The notes under the pieces: model-generated
What the model was told of the DNA's origin: nothing
The model's input: only the letters and a program-made list of their open reading frames with translations
Database searches by the model: none
Source: Thermoplasmata archaeon
GTDB taxonomy: Archaea; Thermoplasmatota; Thermoplasmata; Lutacidiplasmatales; UBA184
Direction of reading: 5' to 3'
Assembly: GCA_035502035.1 (NCBI GenBank)
Contig: DATJUZ010000037.1
Location: 136 to 64,135, forward strand
DNA length: 64,000 bases
In this document: one piece after another, positions 36,630-45,372 of the stretch
How positions within the stretch are numbered: the stretch's first letter is position 1
How the letters are laid out: each line of letters starts with the position of its first letter
Program-made: the position numbers and the translations under genes

Positions 36630-37797
36630 GCACCTCCGTCGGGGCGAGGTCCTCCCATCGCGTCCCGTCGTCGACCGGGCCGAGGAGCTCGGCGAACATC
36701 CTGCGGACGTGCGCGGGGGTGACGTCCCGTCCGCCGACGCCGGCCAGGAAGTCGGCGACGAACGGGTGGCGCGACCCCGGGTAGATCGCCGCGCGGCTCT
36801 CGGTCGCGGCCGGCCCCGCGGCGCCGAACGTGTACGCCCGGTCGACCACGCCCAGCCGGTCGGTCTCCGCGGCGAGCCGCCGCATCGCCTCGGCCGGGAA
36901 CGGACGGAAGACCCGCAGCTTGGCGAGCCCGACCTTCTGACCTTCCGCGCGGAGCTCGTCCACGACGGTCCGGGCCGTCGTGCTCGTCGTCCCCATCGTG
37001 ACGAGCACCGCGTCGGCCCCCTCGGTGCGGTACGTCGGCAGGGCGCCGCCGTACGACCGGCCGGTGAGGCGGCGGTACTCCTCCTCCACCTCCGAGAGGC
37101 GACGCGGCACGGCGTCGGTCGCCCGAGCCAGCTCCCGGCGGAACTCGACGTAGTGGTCGGGGCCGGTGAACGAGCCGAGCCGGCTCGGCACGCCGGGCTG
37201 CAGCACCGCGTGCGCCGTCCGCGGGGGGAGGAAGCGGTCGACGAGCTCCGGGGCGGGGACGTCGACCGGCTCGAACGTGTGGGAGAGGTAGAACGCGTCC
37301 TCCGCGACCATCGCCGGGAGGCGCACCTCCTCCATCTCGGCGAGCCGGTAGGCCTGGAGCACCGTGTCCAGGACCTCCTGGTTGCTCTCGGGGTAGAACT
37401 GGATCCAGCCGGTGTCGCGCTGCGCGATCGTATCGGTGTGGTCGGCGCCGATGTTCCACGGCGGAGCGACGGCGCGGTTGACGACCCCCATGACGATCGG
37501 CGCGCGCATCCCGGAGGCCCAGTGGAGGAGCTCGTGCATCAGCAGCAGTCCCTGGCTCGAGGTCGCCGTGTACGTTCGTGCGCCGAGCCCCGCGGCGCTG
37601 ACGACCACCTGGAGGGCGCTGTGCTCGCTCTCGACCTCCACGAACCGGGCGCGGAGCTCGCCGCTCGCGACGAACTCCGCGAGCTTCTCGACGATCGTCG
37701 TCTGCGGCGTGATCGGGTAGGCGGAGATCACCTGGGCGCGGGCGAGCCGGACGGCGTAGGACTGGGCGAAGTTCCCGGAGAGGACCTCGCGCGTCAT
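36616..37797 (-). CDS. 2-oxoacid:ferredoxin oxidoreductase alpha subunit
   Basis: ATG at 37797 (verified) overlaps the upstream stop as ATGA. N-terminus SGNFAQSYAVRLARAQVISAYPITPQT and ESEHSAL. 393 aa. Confidence 0.9.
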   Translation of the reverse strand: MTREVLSGNFAQSYAVRLARAQVISAYPITPQTTIVEKLAEFVASGELRARFVEVESEHSALQVVVSAAGLGARTYTATSSQGLLLMHELLHWASGMRAPIVMGVVNRAVAPPWNIGADHTDTIAQRDTGWIQFYPESNQEVLDTVLQAYRLAEMEEVRLPAMVAEDAFYLSHTFEPVDVPAPELVDRFLPPRTAHAVLQPGVPSRLGSFTGPDHYVEFRRELARATDAVPRRLSEVEEEYRRLTGRSYGGALPTYRTEGADAVLVTMGTTSTTARTVVDELRAEGQKVGLAKLRVFRPFPAEAMRRLAAETDRLGVVDRAYTFGAAGPAATESRAAIYPGSRHPFVADFLAGVGGRDVTPAHVRRMFAELLGPVDDGTRWEDLAPTEVHADG

Positions 37798-38654
37798 GCC
37801 GCCTCCGCGTTCGCGAGCATCTCGATCGTCTTCGGCGGGCAGACCTCGGCGCAGATCCCGCACCCCTTGCACGCGTCCAGCACGACGTGGGGAAGGCCGG
37901 TCGCGTCCAGCTCGATCGCGTCGTCCGGACAGAACTTCCAGCAGAACGTGCAGCGCGTGCAGCGCGCCGGGTCGATCGTCGGCGTGAGCGTGCGCCAGGC
38001 CGCGGTGCGGATCGTGCTGCTCGGCACGGTCGCCATCGGCCCGTCCGGCAGGACGAGCGCGGGCACCGGCCGCCGGGGCGCCGAGGGGGGGGTCGGACCG
38101 GTCCCGACCGAGCGCACGGCCGCATACCCGTCGGCCGCCGCCGCGCGGTTCTCGGCCGGTCGGAGCGGGACGTAGCGGTCGATCGCGGTCCCGAGCGCCT
38201 CGAGCCGAACCGCTCCGGTGAGCCGCGCGAGGGCCCCGAGCATCGTCGTGTTCACGATCGGCAGCGTCCGCGAGCCGAGCCCGTGGGCTAGCGCGATCCG
38301 GCTCGCGTCGACCGAGGCCCGCCGCACCGATCGAGGCGCGACGAGCCGCTCGGGAGGACGCGACGAGTTCACGAGGAGCAGTCCGTCGCCCCTCAGGCCG
38401 TCCGCGACCGGTGTCGACTCGAGCAGTCCGGGGTCGAGGACGACGACGACGTCCGGGGCGACGATCGACGTGCGGACCCCGATGGGCCGATCGTCGATGC
38501 GGGCGTAGGCGGTCACGGGCGCGCCCCGACGCTCGACGCCGAAGAACGGGAAGCTCTGCGGCTCCTTGCCGTCGAGAAACGCCGCCTCCGCGAGCAGCTC
38601 GGACGCGAGGACCGCGCCCTGGCCTCCCCGTCCGTGGAAACGGATCTCGATCAT
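37794..38654 (-). CDS. 2-oxoacid:ferredoxin oxidoreductase fused gamma-delta subunit
   Basis: ATG at 38654 (verified). The N-terminus [22 protein letters not shown] is the gamma pattern. The C-terminus has two 4Fe-4S motifs, [12 protein letters not shown] and [12 protein letters not shown] (delta). Confidence 0.85.
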
Positions 38655-38731
38655 GCATCGGTTCGAGCGGGCCCGGTGCTCTTGAATCGGCGGTGAGGCC
38701 GGCTTGACCCCGTCCGCCGGGCCTGCTCGGC

Positions 38732-39679
38732 TCAGGACGGCGAGAGGCGGTCGGGGCTGACGACCGGGGCAGCCGGGGCGAGCGCCCGGGCCCGGTTCCG
38801 GGGGGCGTGCAGGAGCGCGATCGCGAGCAGGATCAGTCCGAGCCCGACCGCCTCCTCGGGCGCGAACGGCTCCCCGAACGCGACGACCCCGACGGCGAGG
38901 GCGACGACGGGGTTGAGGTAGGTCACCTGGTTCGCGCCGACCGCGCCGTGCCGATGGATCAGGTCGAAGAAGATCGCGTAGCCGATCGCCATCGACGCGA
39001 CGCCGACGTACAGGACCGACCCGACGACCGCCGGCCCCCAGCGGACGGCGAGCGACGGGGCGGCCACCGCCAGCACGACGAGCGACGCCGCCCCCCCGCC
39101 GAGGAACTGGGCGGTCTCGCCCCAGCGCCCCTCGCCGGCCGGGCGCAGGCGCCCGAGGGCGACCGCCCCCGCCCCCTGGCAGACGGCCCCCAGGCCGAAC
39201 GCCGCGAGCCCCCACGGGCTCCGGACGGCGGCCCCTCCGGCGGCGAGGGCGAGAACGAACACGCCTCCCAGCCCGACCCCGAGCGCGAGGACGCCCCGGC
39301 GGCCGACGCGCTCACCGGTGCCGAGCGCGCTCGCGAAGCCCAGGCTCACCATCGGCGAGGTGGCGTAGACGACCGACGCAGCCCCTCCCGTGGCGAACCG
39401 CTCCCCCCAGAACAGCGGCAGGTTGATCCCTCCGATGAGGAGCGCGCCGAGCCCGGCGGAGACCGCGAGGCTCCGGGCTCCCGGCCAGGCGCTCCGCCGA
39501 GCTGCGGCGTACGGCGCCATCACGGCGGCCGCGACGGCGAAGTCGAGGGCGACGAGGAGGAACGGGTCGGCGCCGGTCGCGACGCCCAGGCGGCTCACGG
39601 GGAACGTCACGCCCCACAGGACGCCGAGCGCGAGGAGGGCGGGCAGCGCCGAGCGGGGGGCGGGTCGAGCGGCGGCCAT
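38732..39679 (-). CDS. EamA/DMT family transporter
   Basis: ATG at 39679 (verified). 315 aa, multi-TM, with two EamA-like repeats. Confidence 0.75.
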   Translation of the reverse strand: MAAARPAPRSALPALLALGVLWGVTFPVSRLGVATGADPFLLVALDFAVAAAVMAPYAAARRSAWPGARSLAVSAGLGALLIGGINLPLFWGERFATGGAASVVYATSPMVSLGFASALGTGERVGRRGVLALGVGLGGVFVLALAAGGAAVRSPWGLAAFGLGAVCQGAGAVALGRLRPAGEGRWGETAQFLGGGAASLVVLAVAAPSLAVRWGPAVVGSVLYVGVASMAIGYAIFFDLIHRHGAVGANQVTYLNPVVALAVGVVAFGEPFAPEEAVGLGLILLAIALLHAPRNRARALAPAAPVVSPDRLSPS

Positions 39680-39819
39680 CGCGGTCCTCCTTGGGACAGT
39701 GGCCGGCCGGAGGGATGAGACGGGGGTCGCGCCGGCTTGACGAGCGGGGCCGGCGCGGCCGGCGGGGTCGGCGGGCCCGGCCTCCCGAGCGTAAATATCC
39801 GGCCGAGGTCGCGGAGGGG

Positions 39820-40140
39820 ATGCCCCCGCCGTCCCGGCGTCGCACGCCTCGGACACCGTCGCGCCGAGCGACCGCCGCCGCTCCGGTTCCCTCCGCCGCG
39901 CCGGCACCCGTCCCGGCCCCCCGGCGGCGGCTTCCCGCCGAAGAGCTCACGGAGGAGCCCCACGCCCACATCGTCTGCCGGGTCTGCGGCCGGATCCAGG
40001 GCCTCGAACTGACCGAGCTCGACCGACACCTGCTCACGGAGCTCGCGGGCCTCACCCCGGACGGCTGGAGCGTGGAGCGCATCGCCTATTCCGTCGCGGG
40101 AGCGTGCCGACGCTGCCGCGAGGGCCCGTCGATCCGCTAG
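39820..40140 (+). CDS. Fur-family C-terminal (metal-binding/dimerisation) domain protein lacking the N-terminal DNA-binding domain
   Basis: PHAHIVCRVCGRIQ...(about 37 aa)...GACRRCREG matches the Fur HxH plus 2xCxxC pattern. The upstream 40-80 aa are Pro/Arg/Ala low complexity. The start is uncertain: ATG at 39820, or an alternative at 39691. Confidence 0.45.
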   Translation: MPPPSRRRTPRTPSRRATAAAPVPSAAPAPVPAPRRRLPAEELTEEPHAHIVCRVCGRIQGLELTELDRHLLTELAGLTPDGWSVERIAYSVAGACRRCREGPSIR

Positions 40141-40153
40141 GCCGGCGGGCGGC

Positions 40154-41308
40154 ATGGTCGGTTTCGTCACCGCCCCGTCGATCGCCTGGGGGACCGGCGC
40201 GCTCGAGCAGCTGAGCGGTCTCGACGCCCGACGGGCGTTCGTCGTCGTCGATCCGGCCGTCGCGCGCCACGAGGCCGTCCGACGAGCCGTTGAGGAGCTC
40301 GAGCGGGGAGGCGCGCGCACGACGGTCTCTGCGGAGCCCCGGGCCTCCCCGACCGCAGCCCGGGTCCGCGAGCTCGCCGGTGCCGCACGGTCGTTCGATC
40401 CGGACTGGATCGTGGCGATCGGCGGCGGCACGACGATCGACGCGGCGAAGGCGCTCCGGCTGCTGCTCGCCCGACCGGAGCTCGACCTCGAGCGGCGGCC
40501 GGTCGATGTCGCGCTGCCCGGGGCCCCCGGCCCGCGGCTCTGCGCCGTGCCGACCACGAGCGGCAGCGGCGCCGAGGCGAGCTGGGCGGTCGACCTGGTC
40601 GGGGAGGACGGCGCGCCGTTCGAGGTCGCCGACCGGTCGCTCGTGCCGGACTGGGCGCTCGTCGACCCTTTCTTCGCGCGCGAGCTGCCGGCCGACGAGC
40701 TCGTCGCCGGCGCATTCGAGACGGCGGCCCTCGCGACCGAGGCGTACCTTTCGGCGTGGGCGAACCCGTTCTCGGACGCCCTCGCCGCCGACGCCGTGCG
40801 CCAGGTCGTGCGGCGGCTGTCGCACGCGCTGCGCTGGAGCGACGACCCGGACGCCCGGGCCGCGCTGCACTACGCGGCGACCGCCGCGGGGCTCGCCCAC
40901 TCGAACGCCCAGCGCGGCCTCGCCCACGCGCTCGCGCGGGCGCTCGAGCGACCGACCGCGCTCCGCTACGGCCGCCTCCTCGCGATCGTGCTCCCGAGCG
41001 TGCTCGATTTCGACCGCTCGGCCGCGCGTGAGCGGCTGGAGACGCTCCAGGAAGTGCTCCGCCCCGCCGACGGGCCGCCTCCGCCGCCGCTCCCCGAACG
41101 CCTGCGGCGCCTCGCGGCGAGCGTCGGGGTGCCGCTCGACCTGGCGGCGGCGGGCGTCGACCCGGCCCGCCTCCGGGAGCAGGGCCCCCGGATCGTCGCC
41201 GAGACGCTTCGCTCCCCGGCGGTGCTCGCGAACCCCCGGGTTCCGAACGAGCAGGACGTGCGCGACCTGCTCGAACGGCTGCTCGGGGGCGCGGCCGACC
41301 GGCGCTAG
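40154..41308 (+). CDS. iron-containing (group III) alcohol dehydrogenase family protein with apparently degenerate metal ligands
   Basis: 384 aa with ATG at 40154. Motifs IAIGGGTTIDAAK and VPTTSGSGAEAS. The canonical His-rich region reads GLAHALARAL...RYG. Confidence 0.75.
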   Translation: MVGFVTAPSIAWGTGALEQLSGLDARRAFVVVDPAVARHEAVRRAVEELERGGARTTVSAEPRASPTAARVRELAGAARSFDPDWIVAIGGGTTIDAAKALRLLLARPELDLERRPVDVALPGAPGPRLCAVPTTSGSGAEASWAVDLVGEDGAPFEVADRSLVPDWALVDPFFARELPADELVAGAFETAALATEAYLSAWANPFSDALAADAVRQVVRRLSHALRWSDDPDARAALHYAATAAGLAHSNAQRGLAHALARALERPTALRYGRLLAIVLPSVLDFDRSAARERLETLQEVLRPADGPPPPPLPERLRRLAASVGVPLDLAAAGVDPARLREQGPRIVAETLRSPAVLANPRVPNEQDVRDLLERLLGGAADRR

Positions 41309-42381
41309 CGGGCGACGGCCGGGGCCGGCCGGGCGGCGCCGGCCGCCTCGGCGGGGCGCCCCGGTGACTCGACGGCGCGATTGATCGCGATCTCCGCGAG
41401 GTCGGTGGCGTAGAACGCGGCGCGCTCCAGGCTCTCGAGGACGTAGGCGATCCCGACGGCGAGACGCCCCTTCTTCGACGTGAGCTCCCGGAGGATGTGG
41501 TCGCGCTCGCGCTTGAGCTGCTGCGTCGCGTCGATCACCGCGTTCGCCTTCGGGATGTCGGCCTGGTCGAGGCTGTCGAGGGCGTCCGAAAGGCACTCGG
41601 CGGCGCGCGCCGCCATCCGATCGAGCTCCTGGGCGATCTTCTCCGGCGTCGGCTCCGCGCCGAGCAGCTGGACCGTCTCGGAGATCCGGACGGCGTGGTC
41701 GGCGATCCGCTCGAGGATCCGGGAGGCGAGGAGGAACGTCGAACACTCCGGGAGCGTGAGGTCGATGCTCGCCAGGATCCGGGCGTCCCTCAGGGCGCTC
41801 GTCACCTGCTTCTCGAGGAACCAGTGGAGGCGGTCGACCTCCCAGTCGCGCTCGACGACGTCCCGCGCGATCGACGCGTCGCGCTGGCGGAACGCCGCCA
41901 TCGCGTCGGTCTGCATCGCCCGGACCATCTGGTGCATCCGCCGCACGATCGACGGGATCGGGAGCGGGTTCGCCCCGACGACGTCCTGGAGGATCACCGA
42001 CTCGGCGGTCTCCTCGAGGATCTCCGGCCCGATCATCCGCTGCGCGAAGCTCCGTACCACCTCGCGCGTTCGCGCGCTCATCCGGCCCGAGGTCCGGATC
42101 TCGAGGAGCGGATAGCCCGCGATGTACTCGGCGATGAGCCGGCGGAACAGGTGCTCTTCCTCCGTGTCGTTGGAGACCTCGACGATCCGGCGCTGCGCCT
42201 CGGCCGGGGTCGCGGAGGCCGGATAGACCGTCAGCGAGCCGTCGGCGCGGGGCGTGAACTGCAGGACGTCGCCCGGCCCCAACCCCCGCGCCAGGACCCA
42301 GTTCTTCGGGAGGGAGACGATGTACGTCGACCCGCCGGTCTTCTGGATGCGTCGTCCGTGGAAGCCGCCGCTCGTGCGCAC
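41305..42381 (-). CDS. phoU: archaeal phosphate-uptake regulator (AbrB/SpoVT DNA-binding domain + two PhoU repeats)
   Basis: 358 aa with GTG at 42381. The N-terminus RRIQKTGGSTYIVSLPKNW is the AbrB-type pattern. PhoU-like helices follow (ERIADHAVRISE, LERAAFYATDLAE). Confidence 0.85.
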   Translation of the reverse strand: MRTSGGFHGRRIQKTGGSTYIVSLPKNWVLARGLGPGDVLQFTPRADGSLTVYPASATPAEAQRRIVEVSNDTEEEHLFRRLIAEYIAGYPLLEIRTSGRMSARTREVVRSFAQRMIGPEILEETAESVILQDVVGANPLPIPSIVRRMHQMVRAMQTDAMAAFRQRDASIARDVVERDWEVDRLHWFLEKQVTSALRDARILASIDLTLPECSTFLLASRILERIADHAVRISETVQLLGAEPTPEKIAQELDRMAARAAECLSDALDSLDQADIPKANAVIDATQQLKRERDHILRELTSKKGRLAVGIAYVLESLERAAFYATDLAEIAINRAVESPGRPAEAAGAARPAPAVAR

Positions 42382-42409
42382 GGTCGTGAACCGGCCGACC
42401 TACGGCCAT

Positions 42410-42417
42410 CTATATAG
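42410..42417 (-). promoter_or_regulatory. TATA box (CTATATAG) about 30 nt upstream of the phoU GTG
   Basis: An AT-only palindromic octamer. The spacing implies a leaderless or very short leader. Confidence 0.45.
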
Positions 42418-42480
42418 CCGTGGGGTTTCCGTGCCGCACCTCCCGTCGGCGCGCGGGACGACCGACGGTTCACGGGGCGG

Positions 42481-42488
42481 ATAAATAG
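42481..42488 (+). promoter_or_regulatory. TATA box (ATAAATAG) about 29 nt upstream of the ATG at 42514
   Basis: An AT-only octamer. The spacing is consistent with a leaderless transcript. Confidence 0.45.
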
Positions 42489-42513
42489 ACGGCCGGCGCG
42501 TCGCCCGGACGCG

Positions 42514-44160
42514 ATGGGGTCGACCGGTCGGGCGCGCCTGCGCCTCGGCCGCTCCGAGGTCGAGGCGACCGACGGAGAGCCGCTGCTGGCCGCAGTCGGG
42601 CGTCGGGGATGGCCGTCGCTCGTCCGCTCGGTCCGCTACCACCGCCCGCGCGGGCCGTTCTGCGGGGTCGGCGACTGCACCGGCTGTCTCGTCCGCGTCA
42701 ACGGCGTGCCGAACCAGCGCTCCTGCCTGCGGCCGGCTCGCGACGGCGACGTCGTCGAGCTCGAGAACTCCTGGCCGAGCCCCCGCTTGGACGTCTACGG
42801 CGTCGCCGACCTCCTCCTGCCGCACGGCCTCGACACGGTCCACGGCCTGCGACGACCGGCGGTGCTTCGCTCGGCCTACCAGCGGGTCGTCCGGCGGCTC
42901 GCCGGCTTTGGCGCGGCACCTGATCCCGGTTCCGCGCGCCCCCCCGCGCCGGCCCGGTGGCTCCGGACCGACGCGCTGGTCGTCGGGGGAGGGCGCTCGG
43001 GCCGAGCGATCGCCGGTGAGCTGGCGAGCGCCGGACGGCGCCCTCTCCTGGTCGAGCGGCGCGCGGACGGCGCACCGCTGGGCGGGGTCGAGCTGCTCGC
43101 CGGGGTCACGGCCACGATGCTCGCCGCCGGCGGAGCGGAGGGAGACGCGGGGTTCACCCTGCTCGGGTTCACGGCCGACGGAGCGGGCGTCGCGGTCCGG
43201 TCCCCGACCGTCGTCGTCGCGGCCGGCGCCTACGACGCCGGCCTCGCGTTCGAGGGCTCGGACCGACCGGGGATCGTCACGGCCGACCTCGCCCTCTCCG
43301 GCCTCGGGCTCGCGCTCGGCACGACCGTCGTCTTCGGAGGGGGCGAGCGGGCGAGGGCGGTCCTCGAGCGCGCGCCCGGCGAGGTGGAGGCGGTCGTCGC
43401 CCCCGGGGAGATCCGGCCGGAGCTCGCCCGGAGCGCGGCGGAGCGGGGGATCGACCTGTTCCCGCGCACCCGGCTCGTCCGCGCGATCGGTCGCGGCCAC
43501 CTGCGCGGCGTGGAGCTCGCCCGACGGGACGGGGCCGGACGGTTCCGCCTCGCGACCCGGTCGCTCGTCCTCGCGCATCGACGGCTGCCGAACGCCCAGC
43601 TCGCCTACCAGCTCGGCGCCGAGCGCGCGTGGGACGCGGGAGCCGGCGCGTTCGTCCCGGTCCTGGACGCCGAGGGCCGCTCCAGCGTCCCCGGGCTGTT
43701 CATCGTGGGCTCGGCGGCCGACCCCGGCGCGACGCAGCCCGCCGCCCCTGCGACGGTCGCGCGGGCCGTCGTCTCCGGCCCGTCCCCGCGGGGGCCCCCG
43801 GTTCCGCGCGCGCCCGCCTCCCGCCCCGGTGAGCTCGCGAGCTACTACCGCGAGACGCTCGCCGAGGCCCGGCACGGCAAGACCGTCGTCTGTCCGTGCG
43901 AGGATGTCCTGCTGACCGAGCTCGAGGAGGCGGTGCGGCGGGGGTACCGCGGCCTCGAGGTGGTCAAGCGCTACACGGGCGTCGGCACCGGGCTCTGCCA
44001 GGGCCGCTACTGCCTGCCGGAGGCGCTGGTCGTGCTGTCGCTCCTCGAGCGGCGCGACGCCTCGGAGGTCGGCACGATCACGCAGCGGCCGCCGCTCGTG
44101 CCGACCCCCCTCGGCACGCTCGCTGCCTTCGCGCCCGAGCTCGACGCCGGGAGCCCGTGA
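42514..44160 (+). CDS. sarcosine/opine/proline-oxidase-type alpha subunit: N-terminal 2Fe-2S (Fer2_4) + FAD/NAD oxidoreductase + BFD-like [2Fe-2S] domain
   Basis: 548 aa. RYHRPRGPFCGVGDCTGCLVRVNGVPNQRSC (SoxA/HcnA-like N-terminus), DALVVGGGRSGRAIA (dinucleotide fold), and VCPCEDV..GTGLCQGRYC (BFD-like). Confidence 0.75.
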   Translation: MGSTGRARLRLGRSEVEATDGEPLLAAVGRRGWPSLVRSVRYHRPRGPFCGVGDCTGCLVRVNGVPNQRSCLRPARDGDVVELENSWPSPRLDVYGVADLLLPHGLDTVHGLRRPAVLRSAYQRVVRRLAGFGAAPDPGSARPPAPARWLRTDALVVGGGRSGRAIAGELASAGRRPLLVERRADGAPLGGVELLAGVTATMLAAGGAEGDAGFTLLGFTADGAGVAVRSPTVVVAAGAYDAGLAFEGSDRPGIVTADLALSGLGLALGTTVVFGGGERARAVLERAPGEVEAVVAPGEIRPELARSAAERGIDLFPRTRLVRAIGRGHLRGVELARRDGAGRFRLATRSLVLAHRRLPNAQLAYQLGAERAWDAGAGAFVPVLDAEGRSSVPGLFIVGSAADPGATQPAAPATVARAVVSGPSPRGPPVPRAPASRPGELASYYRETLAEARHGKTVVCPCEDVLLTELEEAVRRGYRGLEVVKRYTGVGTGLCQGRYCLPEALVVLSLLERRDASEVGTITQRPPLVPTPLGTLAAFAPELDAGSP

Positions 44161-45323
44161 TGGCGCTCGCCCGCTCCGAGTACCGGGTCGCGATCGTGGG
44201 CGGCGGCATCGTCGGGCTGTACACCGCTTACCACCTCCACCGGGCCGGTGCCGGGCCGATCGTCGTCCTGGACCGCGGTTTCCTCTCCTCGGGCGGCTCG
44301 GGTCGTAACGGCGGCGGGGTCCGCCAGCAGTGGGAGACGCGCTCGACGATCCGCCTCGCGCGGGAAGCGGTCGCCGCCTACCGACGGTTCGGCGGGGAGT
44401 TCGGCACCAACGTCTGGTTCCGCCAGGGCGGCTACCTGTTTCTCGCCGAGAACGCGGCGGAGCTCGCGCGTCTGCGGAGCGTCCATGACGTCGTCGTCTC
44501 GGAAGGTCTGCCGTCGCGGATGCTCGACCCAGAGGAGGTCGCCGCCCGGATCGACGGCCTCGCGCCGGGAGCCGTCCTCGGCGGCTCGTTCCTCCCCAGC
44601 GACGGGACCGTCTACCCGTTCCCGGCGGTCTGGGGGCTCTACGACTGGCTGCGGGAGGCCGGGGTCGAGGTCTCCCTCGGCAACGAGGTCGCCGGGGTCC
44701 GGGCGGAGGGGGGCCGCGTCGTCGCCGTGCGCACGTCGCAGGGCGAGCCGCGCTGCACCACGGTCGTCGACGCCGCCGGGGGCTGGTCCGGCGAGTTCGC
44801 ACGACGCTGCGGCCTGGAGGTGCCGAACATCGCGAGCCGCCACGAGATCCTGGCGACGGAGCCGATGAAGCCGTTCCTTGACCCGATGGTCGTCCGCGCC
44901 TCCGACGGCCTCTACTTCAGCCAGACGATGCGCGGCGAGCTCGTCGGGGGCCTCACCGTGCCCCATCCGCCGGGGACGGTCCGGGGCGTCCCGAGCTCGC
45001 CCCGGTTCCTCGCGAGCATGGCGCGCGCGCTGGTCGGCCTCCTCCCCCGGCTCTCCGGGCTCGGCGTCCTCCGGGCCTGGGCCGGGTTCTACGACGACAC
45101 GCCGGACGGTCTGCCGGTGATCGGGGAGGACCCCCGCCTCCCCGGGTTCGTCCACGCGAACGGCTTCGGGGGGCACGGCTTCATGCTCGCCCCGTCGGCG
45201 AGCCGGCGGGTCGCGCAGGCCGTGCTCGGCGAAGCGAGCGACCTCGACCCGAAGGAGTTCGGGCCGGCCCGGTTCCTCGCGAACGCGCCGGCGGCCCGGG
45301 CCGAGCGCCTCCAGCTCGGCTAG
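44160..45323 (+). CDS. FAD-dependent oxidoreductase (DAO family), sarcosine oxidase beta/HcnC/L-proline dehydrogenase beta-like
   Basis: The ATG at 44160 shares 1 nt with the upstream TGA. Motifs VAIVGGGIVGLYTAYHL, SGGSGRNGGGVRQQW, and a C-terminal NGFGGHGFMLAP. Confidence 0.85.
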   Translation: MALARSEYRVAIVGGGIVGLYTAYHLHRAGAGPIVVLDRGFLSSGGSGRNGGGVRQQWETRSTIRLAREAVAAYRRFGGEFGTNVWFRQGGYLFLAENAAELARLRSVHDVVVSEGLPSRMLDPEEVAARIDGLAPGAVLGGSFLPSDGTVYPFPAVWGLYDWLREAGVEVSLGNEVAGVRAEGGRVVAVRTSQGEPRCTTVVDAAGGWSGEFARRCGLEVPNIASRHEILATEPMKPFLDPMVVRASDGLYFSQTMRGELVGGLTVPHPPGTVRGVPSSPRFLASMARALVGLLPRLSGLGVLRAWAGFYDDTPDGLPVIGEDPRLPGFVHANGFGGHGFMLAPSASRRVAQAVLGEASDLDPKEFGPARFLANAPAARAERLQLG

Positions 45324-45372
45324 ACGTCGGCCGCGCCGCCACTGTCATGAGCCGCGGACCGCGTGCTCGGGC

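Noticed and set aside
40052-44802. 785-aa (40052..42409) and 800-aa (42400..44802) minus-strand ORFs
   Set aside because: They overlap Fe-ADH, PhoU and the flavoenzyme genes, all of which have clear family motifs. Both are Arg/Pro/Gly-rich shadows.
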